DNA of 64,000 nt, taken from positions 3,358,305 to 3,422,304 of the forward strand of contig CBDCNM010000002.1 in the NCBI GenBank assembly GCA_965219385.1, read 5' to 3'. The position numbers were made by a program, and so were the translations under genes. Shown here one piece after another: positions 41,133 through 50,992 of the stretch. The stretch is from Candidatus Latescibacterota bacterium (GTDB lineage: Bacteria; Latescibacterota; UBA2968; UBA8231). The notes under the pieces are model-generated. The model searched no databases. It was not told the origin of the DNA and saw nothing but the letters and a program-made list of their open reading frames with translations. Each line of letters opens with the position of its first letter. Position 1 is the stretch's first letter.

Positions 41133-41891
41133 ATGCCCGAGAAAAAAATCCTGATCACCGGCATGAGCGGCCTGATCGGTGGGATTGTGCGCCGCCACCT
41201 CGAGGACCGCTACCCGCTCAGCGCCCTGAACCGCCGTCAGGTGCCCGGGGTGGAATGCCACATTGCGGACATCGCCGACCTGAAGGCCATTCAGCCCGCC
41301 TTTGCCGGCGTGGATACCGTGGTCCACCTGGCCGCTCTGGCCAGTGCCGATGCCGGCTTCGAGGACATTCTCCACCACAACCTCATCGGCACCTACAACG
41401 TCTTTGAAGCCGCCCGCCGGGCCGGGGTCCGGCGCATCGTCGCGGCCAGCAGCGGTGCGGCCGTATCCAACTGGGAGCGCGACATGCCCTACCAGGCCCT
41501 GGTCGAAGGACGCTACGACGAGGCCCCCCCGACCTGGGGTAAACTGACCCACCAGACCCCGGTGCGGCCCACCGGCCTCTACGGTTGCAGCAAGGTCTGG
41601 CTCGAGGCCTTGGGCCGCTACTTCACCGATACCTTTGCCCTGTCCATCATCTGCCTGCGCATCGGCGGGGTCAACCAGGAGGACCGGCCGCTCGAGGCGC
41701 GCCAGTTTTCGGTCTGGTGCAGCCAGCGCGACATCGCCCAGATGGTGGAGCGCTGCATCGAGGCGCCCGCCAGCTTGCACTACGATATCTTCTACGCCGT
41801 GTCCAACAACCAGTGGAGCTACCGCGACGTCGAACATGCCCGCCGGCAAGTGGGCTACGTGCCCCAGGACTCGGCTGAGGACCACCGTTGA
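41133..41891 (+). CDS. NAD-dependent epimerase / uronate dehydrogenase-like SDR
   Basis: ITGMSGLIG, NLIGTYNVFEAA, YGCSK, CLRIG. Confidence 0.85.
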   Translation: MPEKKILITGMSGLIGGIVRRHLEDRYPLSALNRRQVPGVECHIADIADLKAIQPAFAGVDTVVHLAALASADAGFEDILHHNLIGTYNVFEAARRAGVRRIVAASSGAAVSNWERDMPYQALVEGRYDEAPPTWGKLTHQTPVRPTGLYGCSKVWLEALGRYFTDTFALSIICLRIGGVNQEDRPLEARQFSVWCSQRDIAQMVERCIEAPASLHYDIFYAVSNNQWSYRDVEHARRQVGYVPQDSAEDHR

Positions 41892-41916
41892 GAAGGCTTC
41901 TCAAGGAGAAAATCTC

Positions 41917-43596
41917 ATGCAGAACAATTTCCCCGTAGAAATGCGCCTGAACATCCCCACCCCCATGCGCGACGGGGTCGACCTGTCCTCCGATATCTAC
42001 CTCCCCAGAACCAGTGGGAAGTTCCCGACCGTACTTATGCGCACCCCCTACAGCAACAATATGGATCCGGTGATCGACAAGGCCCGGCGCCTGGCCAACA
42101 ACGGGTATGCCTGCGTCATCCAGGACGTGCGCGGGCGCTGGGATTCGGGCGGGGAGCACTACCCTTTCCACAACCACGGCCCGGACGGCTTCGACACCCA
42201 GGAGTGGATCGGCCATCAGGAGTGGAGCAACGGCAAGGTCGGCATGGCCGGTGCCTCTTACCTGGGATTGGTGCAGTGGCAAAGCGCCCCCGAGCGCAGC
42301 CCCTTCCTCACCTGCATGGCCCCGCGCGTCATCTGCGCCGACTTCTACAACGGCCTGGTCTATCCCGGCGGTGCCTTCCAGCTCAATGTGCTGATGACCT
42401 GGGGCATGCGCACCAATGGACGCACCGGCCAGAGCATCGAGCACCACAACTGGGCCGAGGCCTTTCGCGGCCTGCCACTCAACCGCATGGACGAACTGGC
42501 CGGGCGTCGCCTGCAGTTCTGGAAGGACTGGATTGAACACTCCGCCTACGACGACTACTGGAAGGCGATCAACGTCGAGGAACGCTGGGGCGAGATCGCC
42601 GTGCCCGCCTTTAATATGGGCGGCTGGTACGACCTCTACGCCCGCGACACCTTCGGCAATTTCAACGGCCTGCGCCAGCATGGGCGCACTCCCCAAGCGC
42701 GCCAGAGCAAACTGGTGGTCGGCCCCTGGCCGCACGCTTTGAGCGACTCCACCCGCCTCGGCGACGTCGACTTTGGCGCCCCCTCCATGATCGATCTGGA
42801 TGCAGAGGAATTGCGCTGGTTCGACTACTGGCTCAAAGGCATCGACAACGGCATAATCGACGAGCCGCCTATCCGGCTCTTCATCATGGGCATCAACCAG
42901 TGGCGCGACGAACGCGAATGGCCCCTGGCGCGAACCCGGTGGCAGAAGTGGTACCTGCACTCCGGCGGGCAGGCCAATACCGTGCTGGGCGATGGCCGAC
43001 TGAGCCGTGACCCGCCGCGGGACGAAGCCGCGGACCGGTTCGTGTACGACCCCGAATATCCGGTCCAGACCGTGGGCGGCAACAACTGCTGTTCACCCCA
43101 TATCGTCCCCTGGGGCCCCTACGACCAGCGCGCCGTCGAGATGCGCAACGACGTGCTGTGTTACACCAGCCTCCCTCTCGAAGAGGATGTGGAAGTGACC
43201 GGCCCGATCAAGCTGGTGCTCTTTGCCGCCACCGACGCTCTGGATACGGACTGGACCGGTAAACTGGTGGATGTGGCGCCCGACGGCCTCGCCATAAACC
43301 TGTGCGACGGCATCCTCCGCGCCCGCTTTCGCGACAGCTTCACCGATCCGCACTTGCTCGAGCCCGCCAAAATCTACGAATGCGAAATCGACCTGAGCGT
43401 AACCGGCAATGTATTCCTCAAGGGCCACCGGATCCGCCTCGAGGTCTCCTCCTCCAATTTTCCGCGCTTCGACCGCAACCCCAACACCGGCCACGCCTTC
43501 GGCACCGATGCCGAACTGCGCCCGGCGCAACAGACCATTCACCACTCCAGCCGGTACCCCTCGCATGTCCTGCTGCCGGTAATTCCCACCTCATAA
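41917..43596 (+). CDS. CocE/NonD-family hydrolase
   Basis: MRDGVDL, RTPY, QDVRGRW.S.G, GASYLG, GGWYD, GPW.H, SSNFPRFDRN. Confidence 0.93.
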   Translation: MQNNFPVEMRLNIPTPMRDGVDLSSDIYLPRTSGKFPTVLMRTPYSNNMDPVIDKARRLANNGYACVIQDVRGRWDSGGEHYPFHNHGPDGFDTQEWIGHQEWSNGKVGMAGASYLGLVQWQSAPERSPFLTCMAPRVICADFYNGLVYPGGAFQLNVLMTWGMRTNGRTGQSIEHHNWAEAFRGLPLNRMDELAGRRLQFWKDWIEHSAYDDYWKAINVEERWGEIAVPAFNMGGWYDLYARDTFGNFNGLRQHGRTPQARQSKLVVGPWPHALSDSTRLGDVDFGAPSMIDLDAEELRWFDYWLKGIDNGIIDEPPIRLFIMGINQWRDEREWPLARTRWQKWYLHSGGQANTVLGDGRLSRDPPRDEAADRFVYDPEYPVQTVGGNNCCSPHIVPWGPYDQRAVEMRNDVLCYTSLPLEEDVEVTGPIKLVLFAATDALDTDWTGKLVDVAPDGLAINLCDGILRARFRDSFTDPHLLEPAKIYECEIDLSVTGNVFLKGHRIRLEVSSSNFPRFDRNPNTGHAFGTDAELRPAQQTIHHSSRYPSHVLLPVIPTS

Positions 43597-43607
43597 GGAG
43601 GATTGTC

Positions 43608-44420
43608 ATGCCCGTCATCGATGCCCACGTCCATATCACCGGCAACTTTTTGTCCTTGAACCCTTGCTCCTCCGGTGGCCGCTACGATATGCTCCTCAAG
43701 TTCATGGACGATGTCGGAGTGGACAAAGCCGTTGTCCTGCCCGTGGTCTGGCCCATCACACCGAACAACAACCAGGAGTGCGCCCAACTGGCAAAGAGCT
43801 ACCCCGACCGCCTGGTCACCCTGACCGATGTCCCGCTCCACGAGCCCGATGCCACCGAGCGGGTCGCCCGGGCACGGGACGAGTTCGGGGCTCTGGGGAT
43901 TAGCTATTACCCGCCCGATGATGAGATGGCCTGGATGCTGGAGCCGGCCAGCGAGCCGCTTTGGGAGGCCTACAAGACCAATGATCTGGTCTGCAACCTG
44001 CAGTTCAGACCGCCCAATTATCCGGTCCTGCTGGAATTGGCGCGCCGGCACCCCGAGATCCGCTTTGTGAGCAACCATCTGGGATTGCCGGGCAGCCTCG
44101 ACCCGGACGACACCACCTACGGCGGCCTGCTGGAAGCCGCTTCCCTGCCCAACCTCTTTGTCAAGGCCTCGGCGTTTTACGCCGCCGCGGCCACGCCCTG
44201 GGACTTCCACTGCCCGCAGGCCCTGGGCTTTTTCGCGAAACTGCTGGCAGGACTGGGCTCGGAAAGGCTGTTGTGGGGCTCGGACTGGCCGCCGGTAGGC
44301 GGCCACATCACCTATAAACAAAGCCTGGAGATCGTCCGCACCCTCGCCACCGACCTGGACGACAGGGGCCGCGCCCAGGTGCTGGGTGAAAACGCCATGA
44401 GGGTCTACAAAATTTCCTAG
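43608..44420 (+). CDS. amidohydrolase (Amidohydro_2)
   Basis: IDAHVH, NHLG, NLFVKAS, LWGSDWP. Confidence 0.88.
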   Translation: MPVIDAHVHITGNFLSLNPCSSGGRYDMLLKFMDDVGVDKAVVLPVVWPITPNNNQECAQLAKSYPDRLVTLTDVPLHEPDATERVARARDEFGALGISYYPPDDEMAWMLEPASEPLWEAYKTNDLVCNLQFRPPNYPVLLELARRHPEIRFVSNHLGLPGSLDPDDTTYGGLLEAASLPNLFVKASAFYAAAATPWDFHCPQALGFFAKLLAGLGSERLLWGSDWPPVGGHITYKQSLEIVRTLATDLDDRGRAQVLGENAMRVYKIS

Positions 44421-44512
44421 CAACATGTGGGAATCTCAGTGGACCATCACTCAACCTCCTGATCAGGCTGAGTATACAGCACGTGCCGGCACCAGTACAT
44501 GGAAAGAAGGGT

Positions 44513-44707
44513 ATGACCGCCTCTGAAACCCCTTCAGCAGACGCGACCTGCGGCCTCTGCGCTCGCTGCTGCCACGCGCGCCGAATCCGCTCCCGGCGCG
44601 GCTCGACATTCTACCTGTGCCAGCGCTCGTCCACGGACAGCCGCTTCCCCAGGTACCCCAGCCTGCCCGTGCGCAAGTGTCCAGGCTACGAAGCTGCGGA
44701 TGGATGA
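44513..44707 (+). CDS. small Cys-rich hypothetical protein
   Basis: GLCARC.H...RGSTFYLC...FPRYP.LPV.KCPGY; purine-rich RBS. Confidence 0.6.
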   Translation: MTASETPSADATCGLCARCCHARRIRSRRGSTFYLCQRSSTDSRFPRYPSLPVRKCPGYEAADG

Positions 44708-44859
44708 ACCGGCGTGGCCCGCAAGCGCGCAAGCGCAAGAGCCCAGCCTCAAGCCCGTGGTCGCTCCCCTGATTGTCCTGGTCATCAGCCTCGCCCACGT
44801 CTCTTTTGAAGACAGACACTGGAAGGCGCACCCGGTCAAAAAATAGCATCGACCCGAAT

Positions 44860-45591
44860 CTAGTTTTTCTGCACCCGCGCGCTCAGAGCCTGGATCATGC
44901 GGGCACACTCGGCCCGGGCCTCGGCCAGACCTTCCGGCGTGACGCCCCCTCCCCGCACGTACCTGAGGACCACCTCTTCGGCGGCGACGAACTCACCGCA
45001 GGCATGGCCTACATCCGCGGCGATCTCGGGTGGGATGGTGGTCACGCCGTTGTAGTCGCCGTGCAGCAGATCGCCGGGAAAGACGGTGATGCCCCCGACG
45101 TAGACCGGGACCTGCAGCTGCAGGGTGTGAGAGTATCCATGGGAGCAGATGGCCCCGTTGCTGAAGGCGGGAAATTCAAGGGCGCGGACCTGCTCCAGAT
45201 CGCGTGCCGCCCCGCTGGTGATCAAACCCACGGCCCCGAAGCTTTTGTAGGTGGAACACATGACATCGCCAAAGGTGGCCGCCTCCGGTGGCTCATCCAG
45301 GTCCTGGTAGACCACCACGGGCGGACCGGGCAATTCCTCGAAGGTTTTCACCTGCCCATCCAGGCTGGAGTACACATCCCCCTGACGCGCCGGCGCAGCG
45401 GTCCGCAGGGTTGCCGTGGCCGCGTAGCCCACCATGGGCGCAAGTTCCGGGAAGCAGGCCTTGATGCGGCGGTCCATGTACCCGGTATTCCGTGGACGCA
45501 CCGCAAAGACCTCGATGGCATTGCACACGGTGGGCGTATCGTACTGGCACAGAAGATCGAGGTTTTCCTGGGAAAGTCCCTGGATGCTCAT
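44860..45591 (-). CDS. RraA/HMG aldolase family protein
   Basis: DTPTVCNAIE, MVGYAAT, FGDVM, ITSGAARD, PGDLLHGD.NGV. Confidence 0.88.
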   Translation of the reverse strand: MSIQGLSQENLDLLCQYDTPTVCNAIEVFAVRPRNTGYMDRRIKACFPELAPMVGYAATATLRTAAPARQGDVYSSLDGQVKTFEELPGPPVVVYQDLDEPPEAATFGDVMCSTYKSFGAVGLITSGAARDLEQVRALEFPAFSNGAICSHGYSHTLQLQVPVYVGGITVFPGDLLHGDYNGVTTIPPEIAADVGHACGEFVAAEEVVLRYVRGGGVTPEGLAEARAECARMIQALSARVQKN

Positions 45592-45814
45592 GATTTTCCT
45601 TTCGTTTTTAGAAGGCTTCTTAGATCCAATAACTCAACCGGCAGGCAAAATACAGTTTCAACCTTCCCCTGGCAAAAGACTCACCCTTGCCACCGGCCCG
45701 CAGACAAGCTATATAAGTATCAGTACTTTGCGAAATACCTATAACCATTTGGACCTCAAGGCCCTCCCGGCCGTCCGCCGATTCCGTGAAGTACTGGATA
45801 TGAGAATACCTGCC

Positions 45815-46078
45815 ATGATAGAACAACTCGAGCACCTCAAAGAGCTGATCTTCCATCCCTATGTAGTAGCCCTTATCAGCTTCCTCATCGGGTGCTACCT
45901 GTTGCGCGATATCGCGCGGATCGTCTTCTACATTTACGACGGCTCCCGCCGCGCCGACCAGCACCTGAAGAACCGGGAGAAAGACCGCGAATTCACGGAT
46001 TTAAAGCTGCAATCCAGGCGTTCAAGAACGGCAGCAACAAACCCACTAGACCGCCCAGGACCGCCCCCAGCAGGTTAA
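45815..46078 (+). CDS. small membrane hypothetical protein
   Basis: One TM segment YVVALISFLIGCYLL; 3' end overlaps the convergent DUF445 gene. Confidence 0.4.
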   Translation: MIEQLEHLKELIFHPYVVALISFLIGCYLLRDIARIVFYIYDGSRRADQHLKNREKDREFTDLKLQSRRSRTAATNPLDRPGPPPAG

Positions 46079-47531
46079 TGAAGCGCAACTGGTCGCTGAT
46101 GATGTCCTTGATCAAACCCTCCACCCGCAGCAGGTCGAAAGCCATGATCTTAGCGCGCACCAGATCTCTCAGATCGAATTGCTTCAGCAAAACCGGCACC
46201 TCGGTCTGGAGCAACTCGGTGGCCTTCTCGCGCAGTTGCCGGATCAGGGCCTCCTCGTTTTTCGAGGTCATTCCCGCCCAATCTCTGAGTTGGACCCGGC
46301 TGTGGCGCAGCTGCCGGCGCAGCCAGGTGGCAAGGGCCGCGCTCCACCCGGGAATCCGCTCCGGCGGGATCTGCATCACCTCCAGCAAATCCTCTCGCGC
46401 CCGATTCCAGAACCTGTCCGGCAGGAGGTCGTCCAAACGGCTTGGGGCGCGTTCCCGGTAGTGGTCCATCAGCAGGCCTTGCAGGCGGTCCTGAACCTCG
46501 GGACTGGATATCCAGGTAGCGGCGATGAAGCCGATCTTTGCGGCCAAAAACTCGTGGTGCCCGCCCACCACTTCTTTGAGAGGGCGCTGCAAAAAGCGTT
46601 CGACACCGCCGATCAACTGTTCTTCGACTCTTTTTTGGGTTTCCACACTGTGCAGGTAATCGTGGGCCACCCGGGGGATCCGCTCCCGCACGGCAATGCG
46701 GATCTGCTCGCGGAAGAGCCGCAGACCCAGTTCGCCCACCAGGCGGCGCAGCAGGCTTTCGCGCTCGGCGTAGGTTTCCAGGGCCACCAGGATTCGGTCG
46801 CTGATATGCTCCACGTTCTCCGGGGCCTGCAACCAGGTGGCCACGCGCGCGAGGATGTCCGGGACCTGCTTTTTCAATCTGGCGTGCAGCAACTCCCGCA
46901 GGTCCTGCGGCACCAGCTCTTCCAGCGGCCGGTCGGCGCCCAGGTAGTCCTCCAGCTGCGCCCGCAAGATCCGCTGCAGGTGTTCCCGGGTCTGCTTGCG
47001 CCCCAGTGTCCGGCCCAGCGCCGCGGCCAGATCTTCCACCTGCCGGGAGGGCAGCACCTGGGCGAGCTCCCGTTCCCTCAGGTGTGCCAGCAGGACATCC
47101 ACCAGCCACTCCCTCGCCCCTCTCCCAGACCCTCCCTCCCTCCAGGCGCCCACAAACTCCAGGCCGCGCCGCACCACCTCCTCCAACCCCTGCTCCTGCC
47201 AGGCCGCCGGCAACCGGGTGAAGACCCCGGCCAAGTCCAGGCTCAGGGCCCGCCCTACCTTGTCGGCAATATAACCTTGTAAACTTTCCTGCAAGGCGGC
47301 GCCGTGCACCTGCTCCAGCAGATAATCCCGGCCCAGCAGATCCTCGCCCACCACCCGCGAGATATTCTCGGCCATCCGGACCCTGTTGCGCGGAATCACC
47401 CCCTGCCACCCCAGGGTGTACCAGCGCGGCTTCAGGGGTCGGAACAAAGACTTGATGGCAATCGCATTGGTGGCGTACCCGATAAAAGCCCCCAGCGCCG
47501 CGCTCGCTGCCAGTTGGACAATCGAGATCAT
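45993..47531 (-). CDS. DUF445 family membrane protein
   Basis: GAFIGYATNAIAIKSLFRP..QGVIP; C-terminal L.FINLLGAVLGGLVG. Confidence 0.9.
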   Translation of the reverse strand: MISIVQLAASAALGAFIGYATNAIAIKSLFRPLKPRWYTLGWQGVIPRNRVRMAENISRVVGEDLLGRDYLLEQVHGAALQESLQGYIADKVGRALSLDLAGVFTRLPAAWQEQGLEEVVRRGLEFVGAWREGGSGRGAREWLVDVLLAHLRERELAQVLPSRQVEDLAAALGRTLGRKQTREHLQRILRAQLEDYLGADRPLEELVPQDLRELLHARLKKQVPDILARVATWLQAPENVEHISDRILVALETYAERESLLRRLVGELGLRLFREQIRIAVRERIPRVAHDYLHSVETQKRVEEQLIGGVERFLQRPLKEVVGGHHEFLAAKIGFIAATWISSPEVQDRLQGLLMDHYRERAPSRLDDLLPDRFWNRAREDLLEVMQIPPERIPGWSAALATWLRRQLRHSRVQLRDWAGMTSKNEEALIRQLREKATELLQTEVPVLLKQFDLRDLVRAKIMAFDLLRVEGLIKDIISDQLRFINLLGAVLGGLVGLLLPFLNAWIAALNP

Positions 47532-47727
47532 GGAAAAATCACAGAAAGGATAAACGGAATCGAAACCGGAGGGCCGTCAGAAGCTGTCTCAGCAGAGGCA
47601 CTGCTCTACCATGTGTTGTCGGCGCTGAGGTCGTCGCCCAAGAGAGGTCTACCTGGACCAGGACCAGGTCAGGTGGCTCAAGCCCCTGTGTCGCCAGCTC
47701 AACCAGTCCCTGCGTCCCCGCGCTTGA

Positions 47728-48453
47728 TCAGGCCAGCCTTTCGGCATTGTCTTCCGGGTCATAGCCCAGCAGATCGCGCGCATTCTGGATGTCCCAGTAG
47801 GCCCTCGTATTGCCGGATATGCCGTAGAATATCCCGAATTTCACCTCGGTGGTTTCGATGCTGCGCCAGACCAGTTGCAGGCAATCCCGGTGGCTCAACC
47901 AGGTCGACAATATGCGGTCGCTAGCGCGCTCGACCACCGCCTTGTCCGGCTGGAACGAGCCGATCCGCAGACAGAGGACTTCCAGGCCGAAGGCATCTAC
48001 ATAATAGCGGCCCAGATCCTCCCCAAAGGCCTTGCTGGCCCCGTAGTAACTATCCGGCCGCTCCACCATCCCCGGGGTGGTGTAGATGCCTTCCTGCTCG
48101 TAAAACCCGGTGACGTGGTTGGTACTGGCAAAAACGATCCGCCTGACCCCTCTTCTCCTGGCGGCCTCGTAGAGGCAGTACACCCCTTTGATATTGGCCT
48201 CCAGGACCGCTTCCCAGGGCGCTTCGACCCGGGGATCCCCGGCCATGTGCACGATGGCATCCACCCCGTCGACCACCTCTTCCAGTTTTTCCAGGTCGGT
48301 AATGCTGGAGACAAAGACCTCTTCGCCTTCCTCGGCCGGCAGCACGGTGCGGTGGTACATGAGACGCAGATCGTAGCGCTCCTTCAAACCCTCTCGCATC
48401 ACCTGGCCGATACGGCCGGCCGCACCCGTGATCAGGACCTTCTTGCGCTCCAC
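47728..48453 (-). CDS. NAD-dependent epimerase / uronate dehydrogenase-like SDR
   Basis: ITGAAGRIG, FASTNHV.G, PDSYYGASK, LRIGSF, TWLS.RD; GTG start. Confidence 0.88.
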   Translation of the reverse strand: MERKKVLITGAAGRIGQVMREGLKERYDLRLMYHRTVLPAEEGEEVFVSSITDLEKLEEVVDGVDAIVHMAGDPRVEAPWEAVLEANIKGVYCLYEAARRRGVRRIVFASTNHVTGFYEQEGIYTTPGMVERPDSYYGASKAFGEDLGRYYVDAFGLEVLCLRIGSFQPDKAVVERASDRILSTWLSHRDCLQLVWRSIETTEVKFGIFYGISGNTRAYWDIQNARDLLGYDPEDNAERLA

Positions 48454-48461
48454 GCCTTTTC

Positions 48462-48671
48462 CTATTCCCCTCCTTCCAGTTCGTCCCGGCAAAACAGCCC
48501 CCAGACCAGGCTGGCCATCACCACAAAGCCCACTACGGCACCCAGCACCCACAGCAACCGTATGGATCTGGGCGCCCTTCTTCTCCGGACTTTGCGCATA
48601 TCGCCCATGACCCCGGCCAGCCGTTGCACTCCATCCGCGCCGAACTCTCTGAAGGTTTCCGTGCTCAACAT
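48462..48671 (-). CDS. small single-pass membrane hypothetical protein
   Basis: Basic stretch then LLWVLGAVVGFVVMASLVWG; GGAG upstream. Confidence 0.4.
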   Translation of the reverse strand: MLSTETFREFGADGVQRLAGVMGDMRKVRRRRAPRSIRLLWVLGAVVGFVVMASLVWGLFCRDELEGGE

Positions 48672-48805
48672 CCCGCGCTCCTCGCTGTTTTTATGCCCTG
48701 GAAAATCCGCCCAATTATGTCTTTGTAAGTATGTCAAATTGCCACGGGCCTGTCAACTGGGTAGAAGCTGTCACACGGCTCCTATTTTCTCCGCCTTTCC
48801 TTACC

Positions 48806-49840
48806 TCATTGCTTCCCCAGGACAGCCTCTTCCTTGCTCATCTGTTCTTTCTGCCAGTCGTAGTCTACCTCTCCATCGTAGAAAGCCTCCGGGGTCTCGA
48901 TGGCCCACAGCTGTTTGCGGATCAGCCAGTTTTCCGGATCCAGCTTGAACGCCTCCTTCAATTCGGCCATGGCTTCCTGGCGTTTGCCGCGCTCCAGCAA
49001 CGCGATGGCCCGTTGAAACCGCGCGTCCGCTTCGGCCTCTTCGGGGGTGAGCGCATGCGGCGCATCCCGACGGTCGGCCTCGGTCCAGTCCTGGGGAATG
49101 GCGCCGCTGCCCACCCACGCATTCAGCTGTCGGAGAAATTCTTCCCGATCTATGTCCACTCTCCCCACTGCCCGGACCAGACGTCCCTCCTCGTCCAGCA
49201 GAATACCCACGGGAACGTACTTGAGATTGTAAGCCTTACCCACTTCATTGTGCTGATCGAGCAGAGCGCGATAGGTCCCGCCGGCCCTTTCCACCCAGGG
49301 TCTGGCCACTTCGCTCCCCTGCGCATCCTGGGCGATCACTACCACTTCGACCTGGCCTTTGTGCTCTGCGTAAAAAGACTGCCATCCAGGCAGTTGCCTC
49401 CTGCACCCTCACCAGGAAGCCCACATGTAGAAAATCGCTTTTTTGCCCCTGTAATCGCGCCGGGAAACCGGCTCACCGGTGTAAAGATCGGGCAACTCGA
49501 ATGCGGGCGGTCTCTTGCCGATCCCCAACCCGGTTAACGTTTTCCCGGCCGTGCTTATCTTCAAGACCTTGCCCGCTACTTCCCATTTCAGGCCGAGCGG
49601 TTCCGCCAGATCCACCAGCGGCGCGTACACCGTTTCTTCGACGGAAATATCTGTCAGCACCGGCACGCACAGATCCCCCTGGCAAACGGCCAGTTGGTTG
49701 CCAGCGCCCAGCAACTTGACCTCGGCACCTATGGCCTTGCCGAAGGCATGGACGGGAACCAGTACTTCACCCTGATTGGATCGGGGGCCGGGGGTCGACA
49801 CCGCGGACCGGCCATCCACCAACAGTTCCAGAACCTGCAT
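48806..49840 (-). CDS. redoxin (AhpC/TlpA-like) selenoprotein, UxC motif, C-terminal TPR; UGA at 49409-49411 read through
   Basis: FYMWASW-TGA-GCRRQLPGWQ continues in frame into the 48806-49345 ORF; AGGAGG before ATG 49840; SECIS-like hairpin downstream. Confidence 0.85.
49378..49394 (-). promoter_or_regulatory. putative bacterial SECIS hairpin
   Basis: ACTGCC-TGGAT-GGCAGT; loop starts 20 nt after the UGA and has G at position 2. Confidence 0.6.
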
Positions 49841-50100
49841 GGATACGACCTCCTGAGTATGAACGAAGACGGCTTCAGAGCCAAACGCGAAGACGACTGA
49901 AAATAGTCCGCCAAGCATGGGTCATCTGCCGAAACGAAGCTTTTTCCAATCTACAATGTCGGGAACCTCTGTCAAGTTTCTCGCTCTCCTCGCCCCCCTT
50001 TTCCGCCTGTGTCTCCTGGTTTGCCATCCTCCATTACATGTAGTATTATCAGTACTTCACGACATACCTGTACCTAAAACACCACAGATTGGAGCTCAAA

Positions 50101-50961
50101 ATGATAGTTGGAGCCGACTCATTTACCTACGAAGTCCACCAAGACTGGTTCAGCCTGCCGGAGGGCTGGAGCCTGGGCTGGATTCCGGCTGTGGCCGTGG
50201 ATTCTCAGGACCGGGTATACGTGTACAGCCGCAGCGAACGCCCCATGGTGGTTTTCGACCGGGAGGGGAACTTCCTTTCCTCCTGGGGCGAAGACGTGCT
50301 CAAAGACGCCCACGGCATCTTCATCGACGATCGGGACCAAATCTACTGCGTAGAGCGGGAAACCCACTGCGTGCGCAAGTTTGCGGGGGATGGCCAGCTG
50401 TTGATGACCCTGGGCACCCCGGACCAGGCAGGCGAAGAGGGCCAACCCTTCAACCTGCCCACGGATCTGGCGCTGGACTCCAGGGGCGATATCTATATCT
50501 CCGATGGGTACGGCAATACCCGTTTGCACAAGTACACCGCCGCGGGGGAGTGGATCAAATCGTGGGGACATCCCGGACGAGGTCCCGGCGAGTTCGCTCT
50601 GCCTCATTGCGTGCGGGTGGACCGGCACGACCGCGTCCTGGTGGCCGACCGCGCCAACAACCGCATTCAGTTCTTCGACCCCGACGGCAACTACATGATG
50701 GAGTGGGACGGCTTTAACCATCCGGACACCATTTTCATCGACGAGGACGATATCGTATATGTCGCCGAACTGGACCAGAGGGTGAGCATCCTCACCCTGG
50801 AGGGCGAGCGCCTGACCGAGTGGGGCAGGGGCGTCAGGCTGGATGAAGTAGGAGAGTTTTTGGGCTGTCCGCACGGGATCTGGGCCGATTCGCACGGCGA
50901 TCTCTACGTGGGCGAGGTGCAAACCGACGGCCGCCTGCAGAAGTTCGTGCTCCAGCACTGA
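50101..50961 (+). CDS. NHL-repeat protein (peptidyl-alpha-hydroxyglycine lyase-like)
   Basis: AHGIFID, FNLPTDLA, YISDGYGN, EFALPH, ADRANNRIQFF, PHGIWADSHGDLYV. Confidence 0.88.
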   Translation: MIVGADSFTYEVHQDWFSLPEGWSLGWIPAVAVDSQDRVYVYSRSERPMVVFDREGNFLSSWGEDVLKDAHGIFIDDRDQIYCVERETHCVRKFAGDGQLLMTLGTPDQAGEEGQPFNLPTDLALDSRGDIYISDGYGNTRLHKYTAAGEWIKSWGHPGRGPGEFALPHCVRVDRHDRVLVADRANNRIQFFDPDGNYMMEWDGFNHPDTIFIDEDDIVYVAELDQRVSILTLEGERLTEWGRGVRLDEVGEFLGCPHGIWADSHGDLYVGEVQTDGRLQKFVLQH

Positions 50962-50992
50962 AAACCCTTCGGTCGAGAAAAAGGAGAGAAAC

